Assembly: GCA_965644315.1 (NCBI GenBank)
Contig: CBFFRQ010000068.1
Span: forward strand, 930,001 to 994,000
Origin: Caecitellus pseudoparvulus
Taxonomy: Eukaryota > Protista > Bigyra: Bicosoecida
DNA length: 64,000 nt
Direction: 5' to 3'
Numbering within the stretch: position 1 is the first letter of the stretch; every line of letters starts with the position of its first letter. The notes below the pieces were generated by a model. It was not told the origin of the DNA. It saw only the letters and a list, made by a program, of their open reading frames with translations, and did not search any database. A program made the translations under genes and the position numbers. Positions 56,401 through 64,000 of the stretch are shown here, in pieces.

Positions 56401-58568
56401 GTCGTGGTGCGCCAGGCGTGGTGAAGGCGGTGCCGGGTCGTGGTGCGCCAGGCGTGGTGAAGGCGGTGCCGGGTCGTGGTGCGCCAGGCGTGGTGAAGGC
56501 GGTGCCGGGTCGTGGTGCGCCAGGTGCGGGCGCATCAGGGCCTGGTCGTGGTGCGCCAGGCGTGGTGAAGGCGGTGCCGGGTCGTGGTGCGCCAGGTGCG
56601 GGTGCATCAGGGCCCGGTCGTGGTGCGCCAGGCGTGGTGAAGGCGGTGCCCGGTCGTGGTGCGCCAGGTGCAGGTGCATCAGGGCCCGGTCGTGGTGCGC
56701 CAGGCGTGGTGAAGGCGGTGCCGGGTCGTGGTGCGCCAGGTGCGGGCGCATCAGGGCCCGGTCGTGGTGCGCCAGGTGCGGGTGCATCAGGGCCCGGTCG
56801 TGGTGCACCTCCCCAGCCAAGCAGCAACTCGGGGCTTTCTTTGCCTAGCAGTATGAAGGACGACAACACAGGCGTGTCAGCCACCAAAAGTCTTTTATCA
56901 GAGTCACCTCGCAGCACTTCATCATCCCCTGTCCAATCACCTGGTGCAGGCGATGTTGCTGAGGGGCCAACAGCTTCTCGCAGCTGGAGCCTGGAGAAGG
57001 GTAGCAGCGACGATGAGATGGATGTACCTCGTCGCAGAGCCCACACAGCAGCAACAAGGCGCCAAGGCATGTCACGCGCCGCAAGTCGCCGGTCGAGAGT
57101 GCTGCGAGCCGGCTCAGTGGATGTGCGACCTGCATGGCACAAGGTGGCACCCAAGGTAAAGAGCAGGGAGGGTGAAGGGCAGCCGCCAAGCGGCGCCACG
57201 CCTCCCACCCTGCCAAAGCCACCACATGCGGCATCTCCGCCGGCGACAACTCAGAAAGCGCCTAACGCAAGTTCTGGGCGCGCTCAGAGCAGGCCCAAGG
57301 GCGCTCCACCAGGAGCTCCCGGCCTGAAGCACTTGCGCACTGCCGAGCAGAGTGCGGCGGCAGACAAAGGCGCAGAGCCAGGCAAAAAGGTACCCCCTCC
57401 GCCGAAGCGCGTGCCAGCTGCCCCCGGCCGACCTCTTGTTGACAAACAGCGCGTCACCTCGTGGGTTAAGCCTGGCAGCTCTGCTGTTTTGCAATCCGAG
57501 TCTTCAGATGACTCGGGGGACTCTGAGGCGTCTGACTACGAGGAGGGGTCGAAGTGCCGCAAGCGTGGGAAAACCCCCATCCACGACCTCACGGAGCGCT
57601 CCCCGTCACTTGCAAGGAGGCGAGAATCCCAAAGTGATCCCGCCCCTGGCGCTCCCCGCCGAGCACCTCCCGCGAAACGGCAGTCAATTGTTACTGGGCG
57701 CACAAACTCATGCAGCAGCCTGAGCGCTCAGCTGGCGGTGCCTGGACCGCAACGCGGCGCTGTGCCGGGCCCTCGCAGGCCCAAGGGGCCTCCACCAGGG
57801 CGGAAGGTGATTCCTGGGCTGCACGATGATTCAGCAACGGATCCGCACGGGCGTCGAGCCGAGCGACGTCACCTTCTGCAGTCTCAGCAATTTCGGGAGA
57901 TGAAGCAGAAGCACTGCTTGCCACAGCATCAGCAGTGCATGCAGCTTGCCCAGCGCTCTGCTGAGAAATGGAGGGTCATGCCTCTGAGCCACACGAGTGC
58001 ATTCTGTTTCGCAGATCGACGCCAAGACTTGCAGGCATCAAGCATTGCAACTGCTGCTGAACTCACAGAACCGTTGACCGGCGTTGTGTGGCTGCAATCG
58101 TATGCCACATGGGGGCAGAAAGTGGGCACCTGGAAGCCGTACCTCGTGCGACTCTCCAACGAGCGCATGGTTCTGTTCGCGCTTTCCGAAGCAAACAAGA
58201 CAGTCGCAGCAGACTCGTCGGCCAGTGGATGCTCTCTACGCTACGATGCACAGGAACTCAAGCTTGGCCGCGGGGCCGTAGCCCCACCACCATCTTGGCT
58301 GAAGGATGCAGCTTCTGCGTCTCACAAAGAGAGTCCTTCAGTCTCGCTCAACTTGCACTGCGTGGGGCGGTTGACTCTGGAAGTTGTCCCTGGCGACGAG
58401 CCGTTCCTTCAGGTCGAGCTGTACACGGACAGTGCAGCTGAAGTAGAAGGCACCATAGCCTCAAAGGTGCAGGCTGCCGGCTTTCTTGCACTGCGTGGGG
58501 CAAGCAAGGCAGTGACAGACGCTTGGTGTACGGATCTTCGCAGCCGGGTCTGGTGCTCCAATTGGTGA
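50418..58568 (+). CDS. Giant Dbl-family RhoGEF (DH + PH-like) with central GRGAP repeat and C-terminal PH-like region
   Basis: DH motifs QVCQELGSSEASF, TLFGDI, YRSYVINF and LITPVQRPMRYKLLVESIMKH, followed by a PH-like segment. C-terminal GVVWLQ...WKPYLVRL...DAWCTDLR is also PH-like. Unrecognised in-frame introns are possible. Confidence 0.8.
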   Translation: MSDHPRVDAARAASPRKVRGISRSDSAARHPTTAASRALPELPSLNSLHTPLLAERRRARTPASGTLPSLPPLSAVSAPRSSPGQHVSTAGDTGRRLPFTPPAHMDRQDARQSEQPPPPPRAGGVDSTAVSSRVLGAAATLERARAMLRERDGWGADSPSSHLSPHDAVTIHSMWQQSVPDLAVSLGGGGRFVPEAFDSDSRQRMAFIPTPSQGVQPHSVEAAVHAFYASRQQHAPETPPFTATPISSAWKPLHAGVHRQAPRHSTTPQQAEPSPSQQAPPPTISAAAILQDGGASPPGGEAEPQPQAGWHGWYRVPLPPGFGLQTAPPTTVSTTPKPFLTAPSPGRTSGFVPSRPLGGGQVPAPASSSPPLPGQDLVQRTSPQQLDHDDEVVVRRMAPGGYAVASFGPRGGETKLVPDAKSAGTRTLDEASKAAQRDSPSNSKLSIPRPVSVARGVVDDFRANARAEAERKRELDATDFDGPQAGALAKSPPKTKPTLSLSGAVVTIAIVADNGGSRRAEVPASRPLGAHPYHPTQDELEAAALRHASQEGVDAARPSISGPVRLQQTGPSTLLPGTTGGEPASREERQPLSVPCAPLHEKKREDALTDQRSRESGAVRGVPPVSDAPEDHAVHAPPPPPDQASKSLATPPPSPSADQEKAARPKRTTPPKPSTQSIPKAATSPPTSAATVPAPAPRPPALGHASDRAKPDPQAIDVAVATQGGVLPSDEGTEPELDAAQLAQALLHVKQYWQVCQELGSSEASFTNTLQQCIADYHDPLEQCSEGAASGGQSTSLLASLMKGLRADPVGPLLEPMDVFTLFGDIPLLIELGRLLAVRVGKDGRGGLGALQGLLPLLGVYRSYVINFSAASSVLQTCLDAASAPDLAKRWEAVKWTGSTAGKDPLSVFTQLGSMLITPVQRPMRYKLLVESIMKHAEKLSTLCAANPQLTSRADVSAVLDQAGQWKPVLQELSALCDDMNKAIAIRDSHEQMRALRRLLVHSYTATPAGTSECHPAFLATLPPRHRVVHWSGQVSLHRIGSSGSKGEAILHVCSDGLLLHSARNALPLDRLAERQRRAKDGKLPAEAIPNFILGESSLPPSTTPTLPRAAFDFKSAGSAALAVPFSGEVAGPISVLVASSRIPTPVPEELVPAGTVGKPNVLILSYQRVVAAYLAAMGTSTAHGAAPDDIWAMGQGALESGLQECSCNFDDIQLTLSTPGRGQADYVVESTSSLKLVLGFISHCCTVAKALHGVLYSPNPPSLTSLGDCRPSKLAQVTSEATLGQRTKVTADKLAGVQLALMSSEEDVRSYLEKALQVAAVGTAERSSTSASRLAYRRSSASSIALQELQSPGAPTHEAVSESNQRTEARATHSHVELRLSEIAAKRSALERDAALLTKELDALSLVHQLYVPMADLGRLRAEEAAAVASGKLPCFFDEYAASNCAHSAPPPATRRALEAAAEVEEASGGTKTVWSMIFGSKPKGAQNPAPRPAARARSPVAPQRRGGVAVGTVASSVPKAENRQPAPTTKSSVDLAPPSTTISEVSSGEEYALDEPPRHPSPVEPGDSQTAAPHAAGSQRAQTSQDSTVSLSDGSPELGIAGDVQAVPGRGAPGAGASGPGRGAPGVVKAVPGRGAPGAGASGPGRGAPGVVKAVPGRGAPGAGASGPGRGAPGVVKAVPGRGAPGVVKAVPGRGAPGVVKAVPGRGAPGVVKAVPGRGAPGVVKAVPGRGAPGVVKAVPGRGAPGAGASGPGRGAPGVVKAVPGRGAPGAGASGPGRGAPGVVKAVPGRGAPGAGASGPGRGAPGVVKAVPGRGAPGVVKAVPGRGAPSVVKAVPGRGAPGAGASGPGRGAPGVVKAVPGRGAPGVVKAVPGRGAPGAGASGPGRGAPGVVKAVPGRGAPGAGASGPGRGAPGVVKAVPGRGAPGAGASGPGRGAPGVVKAVPGRGAPGVVKAVPGRGAPGAGASGPGRGAPGVVKAVPGRGAPGVVKAVPGRGAPGVVKAVPGRGAPGVVKAVPGRGAPGVVKAVPGRGAPGAGASGPGRGAPGVVKAVPGRGAPGAGASGPGRGAPGVVKAVPGRGAPGAGASGPGRGAPGVVKAVPGRGAPGAGASGPGRGAPGAGASGPGRGAPPQPSSNSGLSLPSSMKDDNTGVSATKSLLSESPRSTSSSPVQSPGAGDVAEGPTASRSWSLEKGSSDDEMDVPRRRAHTAATRRQGMSRAASRRSRVLRAGSVDVRPAWHKVAPKVKSREGEGQPPSGATPPTLPKPPHAASPPATTQKAPNASSGRAQSRPKGAPPGAPGLKHLRTAEQSAAADKGAEPGKKVPPPPKRVPAAPGRPLVDKQRVTSWVKPGSSAVLQSESSDDSGDSEASDYEEGSKCRKRGKTPIHDLTERSPSLARRRESQSDPAPGAPRRAPPAKRQSIVTGRTNSCSSLSAQLAVPGPQRGAVPGPRRPKGPPPGRKVIPGLHDDSATDPHGRRAERRHLLQSQQFREMKQKHCLPQHQQCMQLAQRSAEKWRVMPLSHTSAFCFADRRQDLQASSIATAAELTEPLTGVVWLQSYATWGQKVGTWKPYLVRLSNERMVLFALSEANKTVAADSSASGCSLRYDAQELKLGRGAVAPPPSWLKDAASASHKESPSVSLNLHCVGRLTLEVVPGDEPFLQVELYTDSAAEVEGTIASKVQAAGFLALRGASKAVTDAWCTDLRSRVWCSNW
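55248..56810 (+). repeat. Coding minisatellite: 43 tandem 36-nt units of two types (GRGAPGAGASGP x16; GRGAPGVVKAVP x27) plus a partial unit
   Basis: Seen directly. Each unit begins ggtcgtggtgcgcca; (56796-55248)/36 = 43. Confidence 0.98.
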
Positions 58569-58637
58569 AGCATCTCCCCGAGTTCCACTCACCCTTCGGA
58601 TGTCGCAGTCGCTTTCACCAAGGCAGGGGCAATGCAC

Positions 58638-60401
58638 TTAGGAGACACAGACCGTTCCCAGAAGGAGAGCTGCAACAAGCGCCGATTCAACAACAGCCTG
58701 CAGCACCCCCTGGAGGGACTCAGAGCCCGAGACGCTCGTAGGCATCTGCGGAACAAAGGCACACGCGGACAATATTGCTCCCAAACTAAGCAGACCGTGT
58801 TTGGTGGTGGCAAAGGCATACCCCAAGGCACGTGCGGATTGAAGAAGGCTGAATGGCTTGCTCGGGCTGCCTCCTCCAGCTTGGCGATTGACTTGGCCAG
58901 TGGGATCGGGCATCTGCCGATGAACAGCAACAAAGACTTGTAGCCAGACAAAGAAAAGGGCAGCTACAGCAATGCCAGCCGAGAGAGCTGACCACTCAAC
59001 GGTTCCGAAGGGGCAGCTTGGGGACGCTCTGCACACTGCAAAGCTCCAAAGACTTGGGGCCTCGAGGACCGTTCGCACCATGGCAACTGCACATGTAAGC
59101 AACATGGCCCAAAAGCAAACAGTGTGCTCGAGAGTCTTGCCAGAGCGCTTGTTGGTGCAGAGGAGTGTGGCCATGGCCTTGCCGAGCAGGAGCCACAAGC
59201 TCAGGGATACGAGGCCCAGGCTGTCTGTCGCAGGCGCGTGCATAGCAGCTCGGTTCAGTCTTTGGAGTAAGCGCACAGACGGTGCAAGAACAAACTGCAA
59301 GGGATGCTGCCCTGAAACGTGCATGTGCAATCCAAAGAGCCACGTGGCAAGCAGCGCCAGGTGTGTTCCAGGGGGGAGCCCCCCGCCACCCGTTCCTGGG
59401 TCGCACGGCAGCTCTGTCGATACGCATTGGGACCTGTCCCACTTCTCGGCTAGCTTCACAGACCTTGTTGATGACTGACGAATCGCACGGGCATTAAGCT
59501 GCCGAAAGATGGCGCCTGCACGTTGACATGAGCCAACGTTGCCAATCTGGACCGAAGTGCAGGGCAGCATCAAGCCTGGCGCCTGCCATGGCGGCGTCAA
59601 CGCAGAAGCTGTGGATGCTGCATGCACGACGAGTGCTGCCGCTACATCGGACGACGCCTCTTGGCCCACGTCTGACAACGTCGGCTGGACGTCCTCAAAC
59701 GCTGCTTGCACCCGACCAGCGTTCTGCACGAGCGAGGCGGCGATTCCTGCAACAGCTGCCGCAGCACAGGAACATACCGCAGGCTGCTGCATAGAATGCA
59801 GCCAAGGCTCCATCTTGCCGCATTTTGGAGAGCCGACAGGCTCAGACTTCTGTGGAAGAGTTGCCATTGCTGTGCAGAAGCCACTGGCGATGTCCTGGGT
59901 CAGTGACTCCTCCCAGACCCCCAGAAGTGGTTGGTGAGCGGGGGCACCCAAAAGAAGGGAAGGATGGCATAGCAAGACCATAGTTGAGGGAGGCACGTCA
60001 TGCCACACCCAATGCAGCCTGCCGTGGATGCTAGGTCCAAGTGCACCCCTTGCCTCGTGCATACCGCTTGAGAGCGCCTCCTCGCTGGAAGCCGAACAAG
60101 CCACGACAGCCACAGCTTCATCACCAGAGCTATACCAGAGCATGCTTGTTGCGCCGAGGTCCGGCCACGCGAAGGCTGCTTGGTTTGAGGCCGGTCCTCC
60201 GGTCTTGTGCTGGCCAAGGCAGACAAGTAATTTCCGCAGGGCCACCTGGAGGTGGTGCGGCCCGCCCAAGCCTTGAGCTTGCCGTACTTGTGATGCTACT
60301 ACAATGGGACCAGTGCATGCTGGCGATAAGGGCGCAGATGCTGCCATGCACTGCACGACGATCCTCCACTGCCCACAGGTGTCTCCATGTTGGACCGCCA
60401 T
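58638..60401 (-). CDS. Hypothetical protein with C-terminal hydrophobic segments (faint PIG-Q/Gpi1-like resemblance)
   Basis: Long ORF with several C-terminal TM-like stretches. ATG 60401 is preferred because the ORF-track start overlaps the upstream gene and that gene's candidate poly(A) signal. Confidence 0.5.
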   Translation of the reverse strand: MAVQHGDTCGQWRIVVQCMAASAPLSPACTGPIVVASQVRQAQGLGGPHHLQVALRKLLVCLGQHKTGGPASNQAAFAWPDLGATSMLWYSSGDEAVAVVACSASSEEALSSGMHEARGALGPSIHGRLHWVWHDVPPSTMVLLCHPSLLLGAPAHQPLLGVWEESLTQDIASGFCTAMATLPQKSEPVGSPKCGKMEPWLHSMQQPAVCSCAAAAVAGIAASLVQNAGRVQAAFEDVQPTLSDVGQEASSDVAAALVVHAASTASALTPPWQAPGLMLPCTSVQIGNVGSCQRAGAIFRQLNARAIRQSSTRSVKLAEKWDRSQCVSTELPCDPGTGGGGLPPGTHLALLATWLFGLHMHVSGQHPLQFVLAPSVRLLQRLNRAAMHAPATDSLGLVSLSLWLLLGKAMATLLCTNKRSGKTLEHTVCFWAMLLTCAVAMVRTVLEAPSLWSFAVCRASPSCPFGTVEWSALSAGIAVAALFFVWLQVFVAVHRQMPDPTGQVNRQAGGGSPSKPFSLLQSARALGYAFATTKHGLLSLGAILSACAFVPQMPTSVSGSESLQGVLQAVVESALVAALLLGTVCVS

Positions 60402-60546
60402 GTCGCTGGCGTTCAAATTCAGCGTGTCCCCCACAGCAGCAGCAGTGGCAGGGCGGAGGACTTCTTCACACGACTGCATTAAATAACATTGCACTGGTGT
60501 TTTAGTGTTGCCCAAAGTACTCAGCGAAAGTCGAATGCGGGCGCCC

Positions 60547-63500
60547 TTACGGGTCGCCGGCCAGGCCATCCAAATCGATGAGCAAGTTCCCGTCTTCGTC
60601 AATCATGTCATCCCCCACTGCAAGAAAGTCAGTCCGATGCTGCGTTGCTCGACGGCTGCGACGCGGACGCTGTGCACGAGCTGCCGCTGATGGCGCTTCC
60701 GCGTGCTCGTCGCTGTCTTCGGCGGACCATGTATCAGACACCGAGGTGGACGGCAAGCGGCGCTTCTGACCCCTTGTTCTGAGCTTTGCGACCGAGGCCG
60801 CTCCTGCTCGCGCAGGCTTTGTCTGCACGAATGTGTTGGCGGCAAACAGTCGATGTGGCGGCGGTAGCTGGCGCAGCAAGGCAGCGAGGCGTGGCTGGGC
60901 AGCGAGCACTACATGGCCGGGAAGTGGCACAGCCGGCGTGAGTGCTTGCCCGCCTTGGAGGTCCCTGCTGGGGGGAAAGTGAAGAGATGGCGGGGCAGAG
61001 GTGCGTGTGAATCCGGCTGCGTCGGCACTTGCCTGTGGCAGCACCGCACATGCCCCCAGCCCTGATGCGCACAGCACGTCCATCGTCGAGAACCGGCTCA
61101 TTTCCCACACCTCTCGAACGCTTCGCTGCTCGAGCGGCAGGGCAGGGTCCTCTGGACCCGCAGCGCGTGGGGGTCTGTTGACGCCCGGAAACGCGCCGAG
61201 GGTGCTTGCCGCTGTTGGCAAGGCAAGTGCTGCCTCCTCTGTCCAGTCAGGGGCCACGAGGGCCGGCACACCAGACGGACCCCACCGAAGATGAAAATGC
61301 GGGCTCGGAGCAGCAAGGGCCGGTGCGCTGGCAGCCTTGGCTTGAAAGGCACTCGTCGTTGTGGCGAGAATGTGGTCCCACTGTGGCTGATGAAGAGCAC
61401 CCTGCGCGGTGGGTTGTGAGGCCGCGTTGCCACCTGCAAGCCACTTGAACATGCCTCCTGCAGGGTCAGCCGCCAATGCTCGCAGCGCCCCAGCATTGGC
61501 ATCTTCGTCTTCCATTCCCCGCAAAGTCGAGAAGAGGTCAGCTGTCTGAGCAGCTGGCGCCGGGGCGTCCTGTCGCTGTGGGAGGTGCCCTGCATGCAAG
61601 CGCGATACCCGCAGGTTGTTCGTCAGGGGCGGCAGTGCATCAGCTCCTTGAATGGCGGCCTCCAGAGATGACTCGCCCAGAAGAGGGGACAGGTGCACGG
61701 TTTTTCTGCGCCGACTCGCTACAGGGGACAGCGTGTCTTGGCGCCAGTACAGCGCACCCCCTCCCGCAGGCTTGCTGACCGTTGCCCGATACTTGCCAGC
61801 GCTGGCGTGCTGCAGCGCTGTTTGTGTTGAAGATGAAGTTCCAAGGAGAGGCAAGCCTTCCCTCACCCGGATGGCGGCACGCATCAGGGCATGCACATCC
61901 GCAGCAACTGTAAGCAAATCGGCTGTGGGCACCGCAGCAACCGCTTCCTCAAACGCCAGGTCATGGCGAGCTGCGATGCGCTCTCCTAGAGCATGCAGAG
62001 ACAAGGGGGCAGGAATGTCAGTCGCTGGCAGCACAGCCAGGGCAAGGTCCCCCCCGGATGCAGTCGCCTTGGCTTGCAACTGGCGCAAGCTGCTCTGCAA
62101 GCTGCCAGCATCCACGATAACGTCATCACCCCGTGCGGCGTGCTCGCTAGCGACCGTCGGAGCCTCACTTGACACGGGGGAGGGTGGCTGCACGGCCCTC
62201 TTCTTGCGAGGAGTTCGCCGCGGAGGCGTGGCCAGGGGCAGCAGGCGGTGGGTCGCCCGCTTCACCCCAGAACTGCGCCCGGTAGAGGCGCTGACACCCC
62301 GTGTTGCCTGGGCAGCCCGCAAGATGGTGTGCAGCGCAGAAGGCGGAGCATGTGCATCGAAAGTGATGCGTTCCAAATCAGGGGCCGCTTTCTGCATGGA
62401 GTTCCACTTCTGCCAGCACTGGTTGTCGCTGCGCGTGATGCCGTGGCCGCTGAGCACAGACGACACCACCGACCAGCGAGAGAGGCCCTCCGCACGCACG
62501 GCAGCTACAAGGTGTAGCACCTCTTCTTTGGACCATGGCTTGGTAACAATGGAGGGATCCAGGACGTTTTGCCAGCGCTCGCGCAGTTGTGGGGCAGTGC
62601 GGCCTGGCATGTGCAGCGCCATGGGCACCCACTGCCCAGCCCCATATGCGGCATGCAGGTGCACGAGCATAGCATCTTCCCATGGCGTGAAGGCGAAGCG
62701 CTTGATAGCAGGGTCTGTGGTCAGGTGCCACCTGGTTCGAAGCCCAGCCCCAGTCCTGCCGGGCAATGCCAGAGCCATCCAGCCCCACCTGCCTGCGTTG
62801 GACAGGTCCCCCTGAATGCCATCTCCGAGCACTTGATCAGGCTGCAGCATCGCACCTGGAAGTGCCAAGGTATCGGGCGGGGCCTCGGCCTGGCGCACAG
62901 GCGGAGCGTGAGCCTCATCGTGCGCCACGTACATGTTCAGGTGCTCCTTCGCCGAAGCCAGGAGCTGCTCGTCTTCCTGGGGCTTCCACTGGTGCACAGA
63001 CACTTCATGAGCCTTGGTTGCCCAGCGCTTCAAGCAGTCCATGGGGTGGCGCCCCTCGCCCACGAACGCAGCCACTCGCACCCAGTCGTGCTGCCCGTAG
63101 GTGTCCACGGCCGCCGCCAGCGCCGCCTGCTCTGCCTTTGACCAGGGCTTGCTGGCGGACTTCAGGCCAGGCCGAACTGCCCCAAACCACTGCACCATGC
63201 AGGCTTCTGCATCCATGCGGGGCAAGTGCTTACGTGCAACATCTGACCAGTTCACGTCGCCAGGCCTCAAGCAGGCTGCGGCGACATGCTCAAGGGGGAG
63301 CCCCTGCAAGTCAACGAGCTGCAGGTGAGCAAGAGTATCAATGTCCGGCTCGGGAACGTATCGTGCAATGATGGCATTGGCCATGGCAGTGTCCACCGCC
63401 CCGCCAGCCGTGCAGATGCCAGTTTCTTCGCACACGGCGCTGAGCAAGGTCTTTGAGTCGGCTGCCTGCCACTTGGGAGGTGCCTCGGAATGGGCATGCC

Positions 63501-63883
63501 GGCCCTTGTGCCAAGCCTGCCGCTGCAAGGCGTCTACGTTCGACAGTGGGCGTTCACCGTCTGCATCCACGAGGAACTCGCTGCCCACCCAACGACGGTA
63601 GCGTGAGCTGAGAGGCGGATGCTGCATGCGGTGCCGATGCTGAGCAGGCTCATTGGTGTTGAACGTGCCCACGAAATCATCAGGGCGAGACTGCTCCAGC
63701 ACACAAGCGTGGATGTGTCGGCCAACAGTGCTCTGCGAGTGAAAGTGAGCGGGTGGGGCGGCTGCGTATGCCAGCCACTCTGCGGTAATTGGTACGCACA
63801 AGCGCTTCGTCTACCCGGCTCAAGAACGCCTTTACTTGGAGCTGGAGCTGCTGGTTCCGATCGAATGCAGAGGGTAGGGCCAT
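60547..63883 (-). CDS. SNAPC4: Multi-Myb-repeat protein, SNAPC4 (SNAP190)-like; intron 63733-63799; true start may lie outside the window
   Basis: About 4.5 Myb repeats (WSKAEQAAL...GQHDWVRVA...GRHPMDCLKRW; FTPWEDAML...GRTAPQLRERWQNVLDP; WSKEE...RSDNQCWQKW) preceded by a coiled-coil exon (NQQLQLQVKAFLSRVDEAL). Confidence 0.75.
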
Positions 63884-64000
63884 ATCACTTGAAGGAGCGA
63901 CAGGCACACCTTGCCTTGCGGTTCAGAGCGCTCTTGGGCTCCGCAAGTTTGCTTTGGGATCGAGCTTCACTGAACCTGCGTATGGTTTCCTTCAGGCCAG

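Noticed and set aside
55248-56810. CRISPR-like layout of a constant block plus a variable block
   Set aside because: The variable part has only two types, the array is in-frame protein coding, the context is eukaryotic and there are no cas genes.
55042-57208. Long antisense ORFs (592 aa and 677 aa) across the repeat
   Set aside because: A by-product of 36-nt units lacking stops in those frames; there is no independent evidence of coding.
4657-63883. Functional gene clustering (MRS2 with LETM1; INTS6 with SNAPC4; WASP with RhoGEF; MON2, ERGIC3 and UBE2J)
   Set aside because: Most of these genes are tens of kb apart and interleaved with unrelated housekeeping genes, which is compatible with chance.

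Overview
This window is eukaryotic nuclear DNA, not prokaryotic. It is GC-rich and very gene-dense, with about 23 protein-coding genes interrupted by short GT-AG spliceosomal introns, mostly 65-95 nt with GTGCG or GTGAG donors and YGCAG or YCAG acceptors. The ORF track therefore splits or over-extends many genes, so I rebuilt the gene models by hand. In order they are: a PH+RCC1 (PRAF-like) protein that runs off the window, CFAP73/CCDC42, MRS2 with an EF-hand, a TOM1/GPR137-like membrane protein, a beta-carbonic anhydrase, a small putative membrane protein, an otubain-like pseudo-deubiquitinase, WASP, a TmcB-like PAS membrane protein, MON2, LETM1, an IQ-motif protein, MAD2, an HDEL-tagged pirin-like protein, INTS6, an FKBP, UBE2J, ERGIC3, a hypothetical protein, a TKL kinase, a giant RhoGEF with a 43 x 36-nt two-unit coding repeat, a hypothetical membrane protein and a SNAPC4-like Myb protein. 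The gene set suggests a ciliated or flagellated, probably phagotrophic protist, possibly a stramenopile (inference only). I found no tRNA, rRNA, CRISPR array or transposase. The most notable observations are: a recurring AATGCA (AATRYA) hexamer just downstream of stop codons, a candidate non-standard polyadenylation signal that includes one palindromic site shared by two convergent genes; convergent stop codons only 6-103 nt apart; introns whose splice-site regions fold into hairpins; two pseudo-enzymes; and an elastin-like binary repeat.
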